64,000 bases of DNA from Heptranchias perlo (taxonomy: Eukaryota): assembly GCF_035084215.1 (NCBI RefSeq), contig NC_090333.1, positions 58,776,001 to 58,840,000 of the forward strand, in the 5' to 3' direction. The notes beneath the pieces were generated by a model, which did not search any database, was not told the origin of the DNA, and was given only the letters and a program-made list of their open reading frames with translations. Below, piece after piece: positions 1 to 13,558 of the stretch (position 1 is its first letter; each line of letters opens with the position of its first letter). The translations under genes and the position numbers were made by a program.

Positions 1-1607
1 GCATAGAGAAAGGACTGGATCAAGCTTGGCTTTGACGGCCTCCACAGTTGAACAGCTTGCCAACACAACTGTATAGGTTCACACATAAAGAGCTGCCACT
101 TGGGTACGGTAACTGAGGGTGGCCTGTGCTTGTTGAACCTTATCACAGCATTGGTTAGGAAGAAAATTGGAGAAAAAATGAAATACTGAAGGTTTTAAAA
201 ACTTATTTAACATCGTAGCCTCGGAAAATCAATCAATAGAGTACAATATGGAAGATCCCTGTGAACATCACAGATGGTGATAAGGAGAATCCAGGAACCA
301 ACAGAATCTGGGATTGCTAGCCTCTGTGCACATGTTTCCACGAGGCCTTGTTGCATCTGTCCCTCTGCTATTATGTTGTTATATTTTTACTGTTTGTAAG
401 ATTTGGGACATTTAACTATTTGACCTAGAAGGGATTCTGGTGTAATTTATAAGGTCAGGTTTAGTTTACAAAGGATTAACTCCCAGAGATACACAAACCA
501 TCTACAATGTTGATGATGATGATTAGATGGGAGCACCAGACAGAAGAGCCATTAAATTATGGACTTTCACATGTCACATTAATTTTGAGACAATGGGAAG
601 TCATTGAGCACATTCCAGGGCAGTTTGCATTCTGGGGTTCGAATGGGTTTTCATTGAATACACCCGGAAAGGGGGGGCTTAGCTCTTGAGGCTGCCAGCT
701 TCCACCCCTGGAGGGGCCTTATTAAAAGGTAATAACTTTGATGGCAGCTTGGTGGACCAATCCTTACCCCACAGAGTTGAGAGAGGATTCCGAGATCAGC
801 CTTTCTCTCCCTCTCTATCTGTCTCTCTGGAGTAGTCTGAGACAGGTAGGGAGATCTTGCTTTATAGTCAGCCAGAGGGAGGCTGTGAGAATCCAAGCTG
901 TGTTATAAACTTGTACGGCCAGTAACAGAAAAGGTTACTCCCAGTTAATTCAGGGACTACTAACTTGTAGGTGAGTTTACCCATAACAGTGCAAATTTGT
1001 GCGATTTGTTATTTTTAATACTCCTAGGAGTGAAAAGAAATAGATGTATCTTACTAGAAAATATGAATGCTTTGTTCATTCATATATTTCACATAAAATA
1101 AATCAGCTTTTTGGATTATAATCAGCCTTGCCTCACTAGCCTGCTTTTCCGTCCACCTTCTGAAACGATAGGCAAACACATGTAGTGACTCATTGGAGAT
1201 CACAGTGTCCAGTACACACAACAAGGGGTCCATTGCAGTGAAGTCCAATAAAAACTGCTGACTAGCCACAGGCGTGGCTACAGCGACACCGTTTTCGCCA
1301 CATGCAATAATTTTGGTAGAAAGCGCTTTACATACACTCACACAATACAGGTCCACCACCGCCATCTTCTCATGTCAACTAGGGATGGGTAATAAATGCC
1401 GGCCTTGCCAGCAACATCCATGTCCCAAGAATGAATATGAAAAAAGGTAAATGTACTTCATATGTGTATATTTACTTAACATCCACCACCATTCAGAACC
1501 AAGAAAGTAAAGCACGCACCAGGATCAAAAAACACTCACGCACTCTGCTTTTTGTCTTACCATTCTCCCAACAAACGCACAAAAAGATTAAAGTACAAAG
1601 CACTGTA

Positions 1608-1995
1608 CAGCCAATGAAGTTCTTTTTGAAGTATAGTCACTGTTAAATGTTAGAAACACGGCAGCTAATTTTGTGCTCAGCAAGGTCCCGCAAACAGTAA
1701 TGTGATAATAACCAGATAATCTGTTTTAGTGATGTTTTAGTGATGTTGGTTGAAGGATAAATATTGGCCAGGGGAGAACTCACTTGCTCTTTTTCGAATA
1801 GTGCCATAGGATCTTTTACATCCACCTGAGAGGGCAGATCATTGAAAAGACGGCACCTCCGACGGTGCAGCATTCACTCAGTACTGCCCTGGAGCGTCAG
1901 CCAAGATTTTCTGCTCAAGTTTCTGGAGTGGGACTTGAACCCACAACCTTCTGATTCGGAGATGGGAGTGCTACCACTGAGCCATGGCTAACAAC
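1608..1995 (-). mobile_element. SacSINE1-like Deu-domain SINE
   Basis: tRNA-like head (B box GGTTCAAGTCC on minus strand) and Deu core gaggtgccgtcttt...aaagatcctatggcactatt. Near-identical to the other copies in the window. Confidence 0.85.
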
Positions 1996-2137
1996 ACCAA
2001 AAGAGTTATAGGTCCTTAACAGAAACTGTCATTCCCACCATGATGCTTTCTTTGTCTATCAGAAACATCACCAGCACAGTTCCCACCCAGATACCACACA
2101 GTTAATGATTCCTTGCCGTGATGACCTCTCCACTTAC

Positions 2138-2491
2138 CACCAGTGTATGATACTTGGAAGCCATGAGAAGCTGAATTCCTGTCAGCAGACAACACAAATA
2201 AAAGTCTGTTCCCATTGGAGAGCAATGAAGGGGGTGAGTTCCGACCGCACCATTTCCCCAGCAACGTATCAGTCTCACGGTCTCCATCAAAGATCGCCAG
2301 AAAGTCATAGTCGCAGGCTTCACTCAGGGCGTCCCTATCCTCCAACTCAAAGTCAATGAAGTGAACCTTGACCCTGTAATTGAGAGGCTGCTGGACGGTC
2401 CAATGACAGTTGATATTATTGGGATAAATATTTGGGTACCGAGGGCTGGAGAAATTCCCTTCAATGGCTGTGAATACTTGCTGACATTCAC
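2138..2491 (-). CDS. CDCP2: CDCP2 coding exon 4 (third CUB domain); gene continues beyond window start
   Basis: Reads (G)ECQQVFTAIEGNFSSPRYPNIYPNNINCHW...CDYDFLAIFDG...WCGRNSPP...SADRNSASHGFQVSYTG. Acceptor ttcctccag, donor gtaagt, 354 nt, phase 1-1. Confidence 0.93.
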
Positions 2492-4175
2492 CTGGAGGAA
2501 ATGAGACACAAAATATAAATATTAACCTCTAAAAATATAATTTACAAATAAATAACTGTTCATATGGTTAGGCACTAAACAAAAAACAAACATGGCTGCT
2601 ACCTGGATTTGCCCTTTGACAAGCTGGTTGCGGTTGGATGGTAAACTTTTGTGCTCATCAAGACAAGGGAATGTTGAAGGTAGGAAATGGAACACTTTCC
2701 CAATTAGAGCTCCCAATGTCAACATTAAGTAGTCCCACGGGGCTAGTATACTATAGTTGGGTGCAGAGTACAATATCTTCTATACTGTCCCAACAATGGT
2801 CCCAAAATTCCTCAGATCCTGGCAGGATTGACCCACAGCCCCCCACCTCTCGTGTTCTCTCACGCTGATCCTGCCGGAGTTTGCAGGGTCAGTGCGGAGG
2901 GCACCTCCTCAGCATGGAGCAGGCAGGCACAAGCACAACTTTGCACAAAATTCTGGCGCCCACTCTGCCTCATGAGGCCAGAAATTACGGCTTTCACACC
3001 CCCCCTCCCCCACCCTGACAACCCTGGCCATAGTCCACTCAACCCCCTGAGCAAGGGAGCACCCCTGAAATTTGTTAAAACTTACATGTAGGGATCTTTG
3101 GAGGTCCAGGCTGCTTACCTGACCTGCACCCACCAGTGGGTCCCCATATCCGCCCTTATGGAGGCCAGTATGCCTTAGCTCATTTGCCATACTATCCACC
3201 ATGATACGGTGGGTCCCAAATGAGCCTGAGCAGCATAGGGAGTCCCCGACCCTGGCTCCATCCCATTTCATCGTTTGACTTGTAAGGGGCAGATGGAGGT
3301 TCCACCCCTTACAAAACAACTAGGAAACTCCTGGAAATGGTGGAGACCTGGTGCAACAGAGCTTCCATCATATTCCTGGGGTTTCGGCTGGTCTTTAGCC
3401 AGAGTTACAGTGGGAGACTGGTGGAACCCCGAGGAACTAGTGCCAACCTCAGAATAACATCCTCTGCAGAACCATGTGACAGTTCTGTTTCTCACAGCAG
3501 CCATCATTTTGGACTCTCTGAATAAGATTTTTTTTTTAATTGAAAAATGTAGATGGAGGAGCAAGTCCTTGAGGACAACAACAAGGCAGAAAAGAGGAGA
3601 GGATCCGAAAATCCTGTAAGAGGAAGGGAAGACTGGGGGAGGTAATTATTTCAATAGTTTTGGGAATTAAGAGTAGGAAATGGTACATTGAGTCAACACA
3701 GTGAGGATGCAGTGAAGCAGAAGGTTGTAGGACGGTGTGTTTGAGGCTTGGCAGGAACAAGAGAAAAAGGTTTAGTAAGTACAATGTCCACAGCACCATC
3801 AGTAAAATGGAGAGTCACAAGAAAATTTGTAACAGAGAGAAAGAGTGGTTGGAGAAGGATTGCCAATCAGACGAGATTTTTCTTGTATCCTGTTTAGTAG
3901 TGTCTCCCCAGATATAGGAACAGTATTCAAATCTAAGACAGACATAAACTTTGTCGAGAGTAAGAAATCTTAAGCGGAGCAAAAGTGTGTAGCAAGAAAG
4001 GAAGAACTTCTTGGAAGGCAGTTTTAGGAAAGGAAGACATTCGGGAGCTCCATTGGAGATCAGAGGAACTAACGAGGTGAAGAATGTCAATAATTAAAGA
4101 AGTCCTAGGGATGGAGCTGTCAAAGGGTAAGAGATGCTGGTTGTTAGTTGGACTTCCAAAGAAACCTGAAAAATA

Positions 4176-4812
4176 AGCCTCGATTTTAACCCCCTCGCCC
4201 TGTGAGAATGGTGTGTGGAAAGGATTAAGGTTAGGCCGAGTGCATTTACCGGCCTGAGGCCGCACAGTTCCCGTCGGACGGCATCGTATCTTCACCAACT
4301 TTGAAGTTGGCCAAGGCTCCCGCTGCAGGCAGGGCCTAATTTAAAACGTGATTTTAACGATGAGTCAGGGGGAGGCCCGCCCGGTATCGAACCCAACAGC
4401 CAAACCACGGAGGGAGGTGCCAACTGGCCAGAAGAGGCCAAGGTTAGTTTTGAAAAATTACTTTTGTGCGAAATCCTTGTGGGCCAGGAGGAGCAGGAGT
4501 GCTCTCTCCAGACCCTGCAAGGAGCCCTTGCTTCTCCCTCTGCATACTGGCATCGGCTGCCAAAAGCCCTTGCCCTGCCCTAATTTTATGCCGAAGACCT
4601 TTCCTTTGGGTTCCCGGCATCCTAAGGCTCCCCGCCGGTTGGCCCTGACGTCAGTCCTGCCGGTTTCAGATGGGATACAGTACTGAAATATTTAAATGAG
4701 TCCTGGGAGTGAAAACAGCCCAGGCCTCATGTTGAGATCCTCGTGGGGAGTTTCCCTTCTGCCTGCAACCCCCCCGCCCATCCTGAAAGTGCCCCCAGTA
4801 AAAATCGAGGCC
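4176..4812. mobile_element. Non-autonomous DNA transposon (PIF/Harbinger-like MITE) in CDCP2 intron 3
   Basis: Terminal inverted repeats gcctcgatttt (4177-4187) and aaaatcgaggc (4801-4811), 3-bp ATA on both sides, GC/CpG-rich interior. Confidence 0.65.
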
Positions 4813-5540
4813 ATAATATCTCTGTATAATTGAAAGAAACAACATTTTTGCTGCCCCAGAGGTTGTCAAATTAGTGTCTATTAGTGGCAAATTATGGGTA
4901 ATATTGCACAGTGCATCCACAAAGAGCAACTTAGTTGAGACCGCCCAAGATCATTTCATATAGGACCATTACACCCAACAGAGAGAAAGAAGGGACTTTC
5001 CTCTCATCAGTCTGAGCTTTCTCTCTTTCCACCTCTCGCAAGGCAAATGACGACATGGGGATGGAGCCAGGGTGGGGGCCTTCTGCGTCATGTGTTCCTG
5101 CCCCTGGCTTTCAACTGTGATTCTTGATAGCAAATGCACGTACGGATATCAGGAGAGGACAGGATGATACTTGGCTGAAATGCACCATAGGTCAAATAGC
5201 ACAGCAACACTCGCTGTTGGGATCTTTTACTATGTTAAAGGCACTATATAAATGCAAGGTGTTGTTATTGTCTAGACCACACATTAAGAATGGCCACTTA
5301 GGCGGGGTACCAAAGGATTGTCGGCATCTGTGGAATTGAAGGAGAGAGAAGGCGAGAAAAGAAAGGAAAAAAATAATTACTGCCCTCATAGCAATGGGTT
5401 ACTACCTTTAATGGATAACTATTTCTAACTTGATCAGGCTTATTAATGAGCTCGGTGAACACAAAGAAAATATTAGTAGTTTGTTTGAAAACAATTCCAA
5501 AGAATATTATCTTTTATTCAAACCTGACTGCATATCTTAC

Positions 5541-5882
5541 CTGAAAAATAAAATGCTTTGAAGCCCTTTGCACCAATATTAAAGTCTGATTTAAAGACAA
5601 CAAGTAGTTCGCTGGTGCTGGAGATGATATCTGGAGGTTTTGTCCCACCACAATAGTTACCCCAGTGTCTGGCGTTAAGGCTGGACCCGTCAAACAAGGC
5701 CACGTAGTCAAAGCTACAATCCTCGTTGTTTTCCAGGTGAAAGTCGTAGAAAATGAGATTGACGACCGAGTGATTGGAGGCATGAATAATCCAGCGGCAT
5801 TCAGCATTATTTGGGTAATTATCTGGGTACTCGGGGCTAGACAGCACCCCAGACAGACCCGTTAACACTCCCCCGCATATAT
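5541..5882 (-). CDS. CDCP2: CDCP2 coding exon 3 (second CUB domain)
   Basis: Reads (D)ICGGVLTGLSGVLSSPEYPDNYPNNAECRW...CSFDYVALFDG...FKSDFNIGAKGFKAFYFS. Acceptor ttttacag, donor gtaag, 342 nt. Confidence 0.95.
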
Positions 5883-6714
5883 CTGTAAAATAAATAGCAT
5901 GATTTGAAACTTCACAGTGAGCTCTGAAAGATTGATGTCCTTGGTTTTTAAAAATTTAGTACGTTTATTTGTTCCCTCATGTAGGTCATCCTCCAGTATT
6001 TCTTCAATGTCCCAAACTTCTGCCAATTCCCCCTTCTGGCCAATTTCTGAGAGGTATAAGGCACTCAGACAAGATGTCAATGTTTGATTTTCACTGCTAC
6101 TCTGCTTGGCAATGCTCAGACTGGGAACAGTCTCCTCGGCAATCCTGCCCAAAATGAGACCGGAAAGCTACGGAGAATGAAGCAAAATGTGGTGGTGAGC
6201 CTGCTGCTGCCTCACTGCCCCGACCTGGATTTTAATCCCTCCACCCCCAGCCCCTGCCCTGCTGAGAGGTGAATCCAACCCATAATATCAAAGGGATCAT
6301 CTGAGAGCAGTATAACTAGGATGGAGGCTATGAGAACTCATCTGTGTAAAAGCCAGGGATTGTAGGCAGGGGAAGAGATGCAAAACTTGTCTATTGATAA
6401 AAAAAAACTTAAGGAAAAGTTTAAGGCCCTGAAGATGTGGCCTGGAGAATATAGGAACTCACAGGGGTAGGCAAAACCGAGAGATAGTGGTTGTCTCAGT
6501 AACTGAGCCATCATAAGTCAGTGAAATTGATTTGCTAGCACTAGACATCGAGAGCAAGTCATCAGGGATGGGAGCTAGAGACTGGTACAACCAGACACAA
6601 GATGGCCAAGAAATGGAGACAAATGCTGAGAGAAACCAAAGTAATGGAGGCACTAGATGGATTAAGGTTGGAAAAAGTAGCAAGAAAGGTAAGGAAGACT
6701 GTAAAGCTAATTAG

Positions 6715-7100
6715 GGTTAAGGGGTGATTTGATAGAGGTGTTTAAATTTTGCATGGATGGGACAAAGTAGGTAGAAAGAGATTGTTTCCAGTGATTGAGG
6801 GGTCTAGAACAGGCGGACAGAGATATAAGATTAAATGTAAGATTTAGGTCAGAGAGCAAGAGAAAGTTTTTTTTACACTGGTGGTTGTGAGGGTGTAGAA
6901 TGCAATACCGGAATTAATGATTGAAGCAGAGATCATGTCAACATTTAACAATAGGTTAGATAGGTGGTTAAAGGAAAGGGGGATAAAGGGATATGGGAAC
7001 AGGGTGGTCATATGGGATTAGGACTTCTGCTCATGTGAAGGATAAACACCATCACAGATTGGATGGGCAAACGGCCTGCTTACATGTTGTAATTTCTATG
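6715..7100 (+). mobile_element. CR1 LINE 3' end, decayed
   Basis: ttaaggggtgatttgatagaggtgtttaa (LRGDLIEVFK) followed by a CR1-type 3' UTR. Confidence 0.75.
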
Positions 7101-8832
7101 TAAGAAGCTTACAATTATTATAATACCAGGCATTGTCCAATAAGCCAGAATGACTGCTATACAAGGTTAAGAGGGTACCTTAGAATTACACAGGGTGGGT
7201 ATTAATGTGTGATCCTCAACTATAACACCAACATAGAAACACTTTCCAGCAGGGGTTACTAGATAGTGATCAATCCCACCTGCTTTTTCCCCATCACACC
7301 TTAGGGAAGCTGAAGCCAATGGCAGCATCCAGCTACTGTCTGAGCTGAGATCAGCTAATTCAGCAGTGACCAGGGTAGATCCTGGGGCTTAGTGGCTTGT
7401 ACGACTCAGTACCATACTGGGTGGTACATTCACCTATGGATCCATGTGGGAATCTACAGACTAAATCTTGTAACAGTTACTGGGGTGTGGTAATGGTATA
7501 TTTTACAATTAATCGCAGTCCATGTTATCATCACTGGGACAAGGAGAGGGCAGGCGGGGCATTGGTTTAATATCTCATCAGCATGACAGCAACTCTGCCA
7601 GCACATCATTAAAATTTTGCTTCTAGTCGTTCACAGAATCTCCTCAGAAGGGACTCAGATGACGGCGGAGACACCAGATCCCTACTGTCCACAGACTACA
7701 CACTGCCCAGACATCACCAGCACCCAGTGCCCAGCAAGTACCTGACAGATCTTAATCCCCCACCCACCCCAGGCAAAACCCTGACTCTAACAATCCTCAA
7801 GACTTAGTACATAATGTACAGAACTCTTAACTTCCTCACCGTATGCTTCTAGATGCACAGTCTATTGGAATCTATAATGTGTTAGTGGATCTAACCTGTG
7901 TCTTCAGAGGAACTTTCTTTCATTTTCAAAAAGCAGCAGAGCATCACAATATCAGACCTCATTTTATACCTTGGACAAAACATGAAAAAGCATGTATCTA
8001 ACAATGATATAATACATATATACTTACAGTAGATATTAAGGTAACCAACTGTTTGAACAAAACTATTATCAGTCACAATATGTTAAGTTATTATTTTATA
8101 GTCCATCTTTGTATAGATGTTTTTTTTTCTTGTAATCTTTCCAACTTCAGCAACTGCTAGAATTGTATGACTACTGGAATGGAATGGAGCATGTTTTGGT
8201 GAGGGCAATTAAAGTATCTCTCAGAAGGTTCCAACTGACTCAACGATTTGAACAGTTCAGCCTACTTAAATATGCCTCAAATGGTTGCTGGGGCTTGTTG
8301 GATATAAATAATTTTAGCTCAATCAAAAAGGATGTTCCAGTCATACATATAACTGAAGAAATCATACATGTTTTTGTTTTAATTTGGCTTGGTTTTCCCC
8401 CTCAAACTTACTATAGCTTTGGAGTCTTCTGAGTTAACCTTTGCAACGTTTGTACCAAGTTGGCATAGGACATGATTCTGACTACAGCTGGTTTTTAAAC
8501 TCCATATACCATTTAACAGAGTTAAAGAGACCATTACCAAGCTAAGACTAGAGAACAGTCTTATTTTATGTCATATCCTGGTTTCCACTCAGTGTCTCCC
8601 TGCACAACACTGCTGTAACCAAGAACTCAATGTCAGGGGGGATAGCCTGAAGTTAGGTACTTCCACTCCATGCCACCAAACATTATTGCTCTAATGCTCG
8701 CTGACACACCACCTGGCAGAGTGAGAATTCAAACTGTGTCACATTGAATCAAACTGGACAATTGTTTACCGATTGGGTCTTCGATCAAATTGAAAACAAA
8801 CACTTTGTAAATAAGGTTAAAAATAATTATTA

Positions 8833-9225
<393 letters not shown>

Positions 9226-9440
9226 TTAATTCTTCAAGCAAGATTTGCTTCAATACTTACAAAGCGTGTTAATAATTTTACATAGAAAATAGACAGAAGC
9301 TCACTCAACAGCTCAGTGGGTGATGTAGCATCTAGCGTGATACTGAGTCAGATTGGGAAGGTCGCAGATTCCAGCCCTTGTCTGTGCTGAGTCAGCTGAT
9401 CTCAACTAGAAGATTTTCATGTTTTTACAATTGAAAGAAT

Positions 9441-9828
9441 GAACTTGCATTTATATAGCACCTTTCCTGACCTCAGGATATCTCAAAGCACTTCACAGCC
9501 AATTAAGTACTTCTGAAGTGTAGTCACTGTTGTAATGCAAGGAAACGCAGTAGCTAATTTGAGCACAACAAAGTCCCACAAACAACAATGAGATTGGTGA
9601 CCAGATAATCTGTTTTCTTTTAATTATGTTGGTTAAGGGATACATATTGACCAGGACACCTGGAGAACTCCCCTGCTCATCTTCAAATAGTGCCATGGAA
9701 TCTTTTACATCCACCTGAGTGGGTAGACAGGCCATCGATTTAATATCTCATCAGAAGGATGGCACCTCTGACAGTGCAGCACTTCCTCAGTACTGCACTG
9801 AAGTGTCAGCCTAGATCGTCTGCTCAAT
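9441..9828 (-). mobile_element. SacSINE1-like SINE (5' truncated), inserted into an older SINE
   Basis: Deu core and tail gctatataaatgcaagt; flanks are two halves of the older tRNA-headed repeat. Confidence 0.82.
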
Positions 9829-10474
9829 TGGATTCAGCACCCATGGGAGGAGACGCATTAACCAGGATTCGCACTCCTCATCACTATCCAGTGACTCAAT
9901 GACCATCTGTGGACATAAGGTGAGAACAGGATTTGGCTCAGATGTGAGGACCTTCACAGTCGAATAGCCTCTCAATACCACTGTCTAGACTCATACGTAA
10001 AGAATGTTCTCATGGGTGAGGTACTAGATGCTGCTGCCACCCATGGAACTGTGTTGCCAGCATTAGTCAGTGCCATCAATAAAGGACAGAAAACTGGGAG
10101 GTGGGGGGGGGGTGAAAGAGAAGAAAATGGACCGACTGCAGGGGCGATCTACAGCACCATTAAGATTTTAAATTTCATTAAAATTACAGGTTTTAAATCC
10201 TGACCACAGTTTCACCCGGAGAACAAACATTTCTTTGACACAGTGAGCTGACATCACCCCCTGTGTGATCAGTATTTCCTGAAATTTGCACTTTGTTTCT
10301 ATTGGTCCTGAGTTCAAGAAAATGAGCTTAATATTGTTCACACAATGCCCTTATCAAGATTGAAGAATAATTTCTTAAAAACGATGGAAGAAAACGTGGA
10401 GAGGGTATATTTTCCATTTAAACCCATGCAATATATATCTATCAGTTAAAAAATACAGACGATGCAAGCTTTAC

Positions 10475-10550
10475 CTGGTCTGGCTGTGACTCTGCAGACA
10501 ACCCACAATAACAACACTCCTACGGCAACCTGCCCTACACTATTTTGCAT
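10475..10550 (-). CDS. CDCP2: CDCP2 coding exon 1 (signal peptide)
   Basis: ATG at 10550, MQNSVGQVAVGVLLLWVVCRVTARP with a hydrophobic core. The 76 nt end in phase 1 at a gtaaag donor, in frame with exon 2. Confidence 0.8.
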
Positions 10551-12947
10551 TGCTGAGCGTATAAAGAAAACTAAAAACCCAGACAGGAAAGGCAAAATTA
10601 TATAATTCTTTACTGCCACATCTGAAGTAACACACAATGGTTGTAGAATTAATAGTGGCATTAATAATTCACTAGTAGTCTGAATTAGTAACTTGATCCA
10701 TCTCTGGTTCCTTTCAGTAAATATTAATGGGGTGGATCCAGTGTCCTCACCCTTCATGCTGCACTATACAACTTGTTGTACAATCTTTGGAACAATAACT
10801 TAAATATTTAATTTGCTCAAGTCATAAATATTCTCTTGTAAATTTAGGAATGTTCCCGAATGCATTAATTACTTTATGGAAATCTTTATAATTTAACATT
10901 AAAAATTGATCCATTTAACAGATGCTGGACCAGTTAAAAACTGGTAAGTACAAAAGGACCCAAAGGGATTTTAAAAGCTGCGAGGTTGCTGGCTTCAAAG
11001 ACTGTAATTAGAAGCCCATGAACATCAGGTCCATGAGTCCTCTCCCCCTTCCCCTCCTTGATAGTACCCCCTTTTGACTGAAGTTTTCTTTTGTTTATTT
11101 TAAATAATGATTTTTGAAAATCTTAGCAAAATTCAGTTCAATTTTCTCCTCTTAAGGCAATGACCTCAGCTTATCAGTGCTAGGTAACCCTGGAAAGTAT
11201 GTATGTGTAGATACTGAAGAAAAATATGATCAGGCTCAGCAATAAGGATCTTCATGATTGAACAGCTTTCCCACACTCACTATCTAAGCTCATACATGAA
11301 GAATAGCCACTAGGGCATGGTACTAATAGACAGCTGGCACCCATGGGTCATATCCTAGCAAGATATGGCGTGTTCAGGAGAGGAGAGGAGAAAATGCATG
11401 CAAGAAAAGAGTGAAGGATTAAAAAAGGGAGTGCAACAATTTAAGTAGACTAACTGATCAGAATAAATACCTCTTTTCATCATCTGTAGAATTTTAGAGG
11501 TCAAATGGGGTTGTTGTTCTGAGTGTAAAGGAATGTGAGATTATTAATCCCAGAATTGTAACTGAAAGGAACATCGCAATCTGCTGTGTCTCCCTAATCC
11601 TGGCAGGCCTTCAACGCAGTGAACAAGAATATATTCATATTTAGAATTTACCATACTCCATTAAAATCTCTGCAGAATAATGGAACACAGTACCTTCAAA
11701 CCATGGTGAAAAGCAATACAATATCCATGTGTTACAGTATCTCTCTTTACTGATCTAGCTTTTAACTGTGACTAACATGCATGCTGTTCAATTGAATGAT
11801 TGCTTGATTCCTTTATTAATCTGAATATTGCCACTAGAATATTAAACACTTGTGACTATTTTGTGGTGTTCTTATTGTAGTTTCAAAAAGTTTCACGTAA
11901 AGCAAGGAATATTTAATAAACAACTGAAATCTGTGATGTGGAATTGGGTGATTAGGTGGCAATATATTTGCAGGAATCTCCCACTGATACTCAGTAAAAG
12001 GTTACAGATGTATAAATGGGGCCTAGGGTGAATGAATTCCAATTCTTTCTCCATTCCAGTCAAGCAGCATTTCTCATCTGATCACCTCCTTCTCTTCTTA
12101 TCACCCACTTCCCACTAATTCCTGCCTTCTTTCCAATCATCCCAACCCTCCAATAATCACCTTCCTCAATTACTCTTTAATTTCAATCATTGCCTTCCCT
12201 CCAATCATTATCCTCTCTCTAATTGCTATCTTACTTCCAATCCTTGCAATCCCTCTGATTACTGCTTATTGCTGCCTTGTGATAGGACAGTGTAGGTCAG
12301 AAACTCAGTGAATAGAACAATGGGCACAAGCCCCATCTTACTACCCAGTACACTGATGGCCTGGGAAAAGGGTCACGAATCACCCCAATACAGATCATAT
12401 CTTTTAAAATAACTTTACGTACTGAGCTTCTTTATTATCTTTTTAATTCTGGCATTTTGTCTTGCCCTCAGATCCCTGAGAAAGAGAAAGAAAGTTTGCC
12501 ACAGAAATGAATAATAGATCAAGGGATGGTCATCTGAAAAATGTTATGTTCCATCTATAGGCCTAAACCGACTAAAATAATATTTTTATCATTTATTGAA
12601 GGAAGAGAAGATGGCACTTGAGGCTGACGCATTTTCCAACTCTACATCCAATAATAACACCTAGAAGCTCAAACTTTCACATCCCTGCATCTTAATGTCT
12701 AAACTGAGTTCCAGGCAACCTCATCTTGAGAGGATCTAAGTTTCTTACTTGATTGTACCTTCCCTCCAAAAATGTCACATCTTTATTTGCCACAAAAAGA
12801 TTATTGAATCTCTTATCAATGTGAGGTTGCTTCATCAGGAAATGCTGTAGCTCAAATTGCCAGATTATGAACAGCCTCAGTAGAAGGATTTTTCTGTCTC
12901 TGATTTCTGTGGTAGATTTGGATTTTACAATGATTAAGACTGAGATT

Positions 12948-13187
12948 GAGGTGATTTTAAACACCAAGAACGGGTGGGTTGGGGGCGGGTGGGAGTTGAA
13001 AATAGTTGTTTTTTGGGTCGCGAACACAACCCGGCTTTATTTCCGGGTTTAACGTTGGCGCAGAAAAGTACAGGCTTCCCACTGGGAATCCAAAATCCGA
13101 AAATTTTGCAGTTGCGACCCAAAAAACAACTATTTTCAACTCCCACCCGCTCCCAGCCCACCCATTCTTGGGGTTTAAAATCACCTC
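12948..13187. mobile_element. MITE with 74-bp terminal inverted repeats
   Basis: gaggtgattttaaac...ttttttgggtcgc (12948-13021) is the near-exact reverse complement of 13114-13187, around a 92-bp spacer. Confidence 0.8.
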
Positions 13188-13558
13188 CTTGTACTTTGTA
13201 ATTCATAAAATCAGGTTCTGGTTTGAAATTTGGTCTTTTTCAGAGAAGGCTGTGACCAGAACCCATTTCAATTGTAATCCTTAACTGTTGTCACCTTCCA
13301 TATCTGGATTGGATTAGAACTAGCCTAACAATAGCAGTTCAGCCTTGCCAGATGTAGCATCTTCATTTGAAGAAATTATTTTGGTAATTACCCTTTCCAA
13401 ACAGAGTTCAACAGTCGGAACCCATAACAGCCCAACCAAACTCAACAAAATTTCTCTGATTACGTTGGTGCTTGGTTCCAAATTTACCTTCAGAAAACAT
13501 CATGTAGGAAGGCAGTGAGTTGGACTGTAGGTCTCTGACTGTAAACCAGTTACAAGTT

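Noticed and set aside
1-2137. Expected downstream CDCP2 exon(s) with transmembrane segment
   Set aside because: No convincing exon found by eye; probably beyond the window start.
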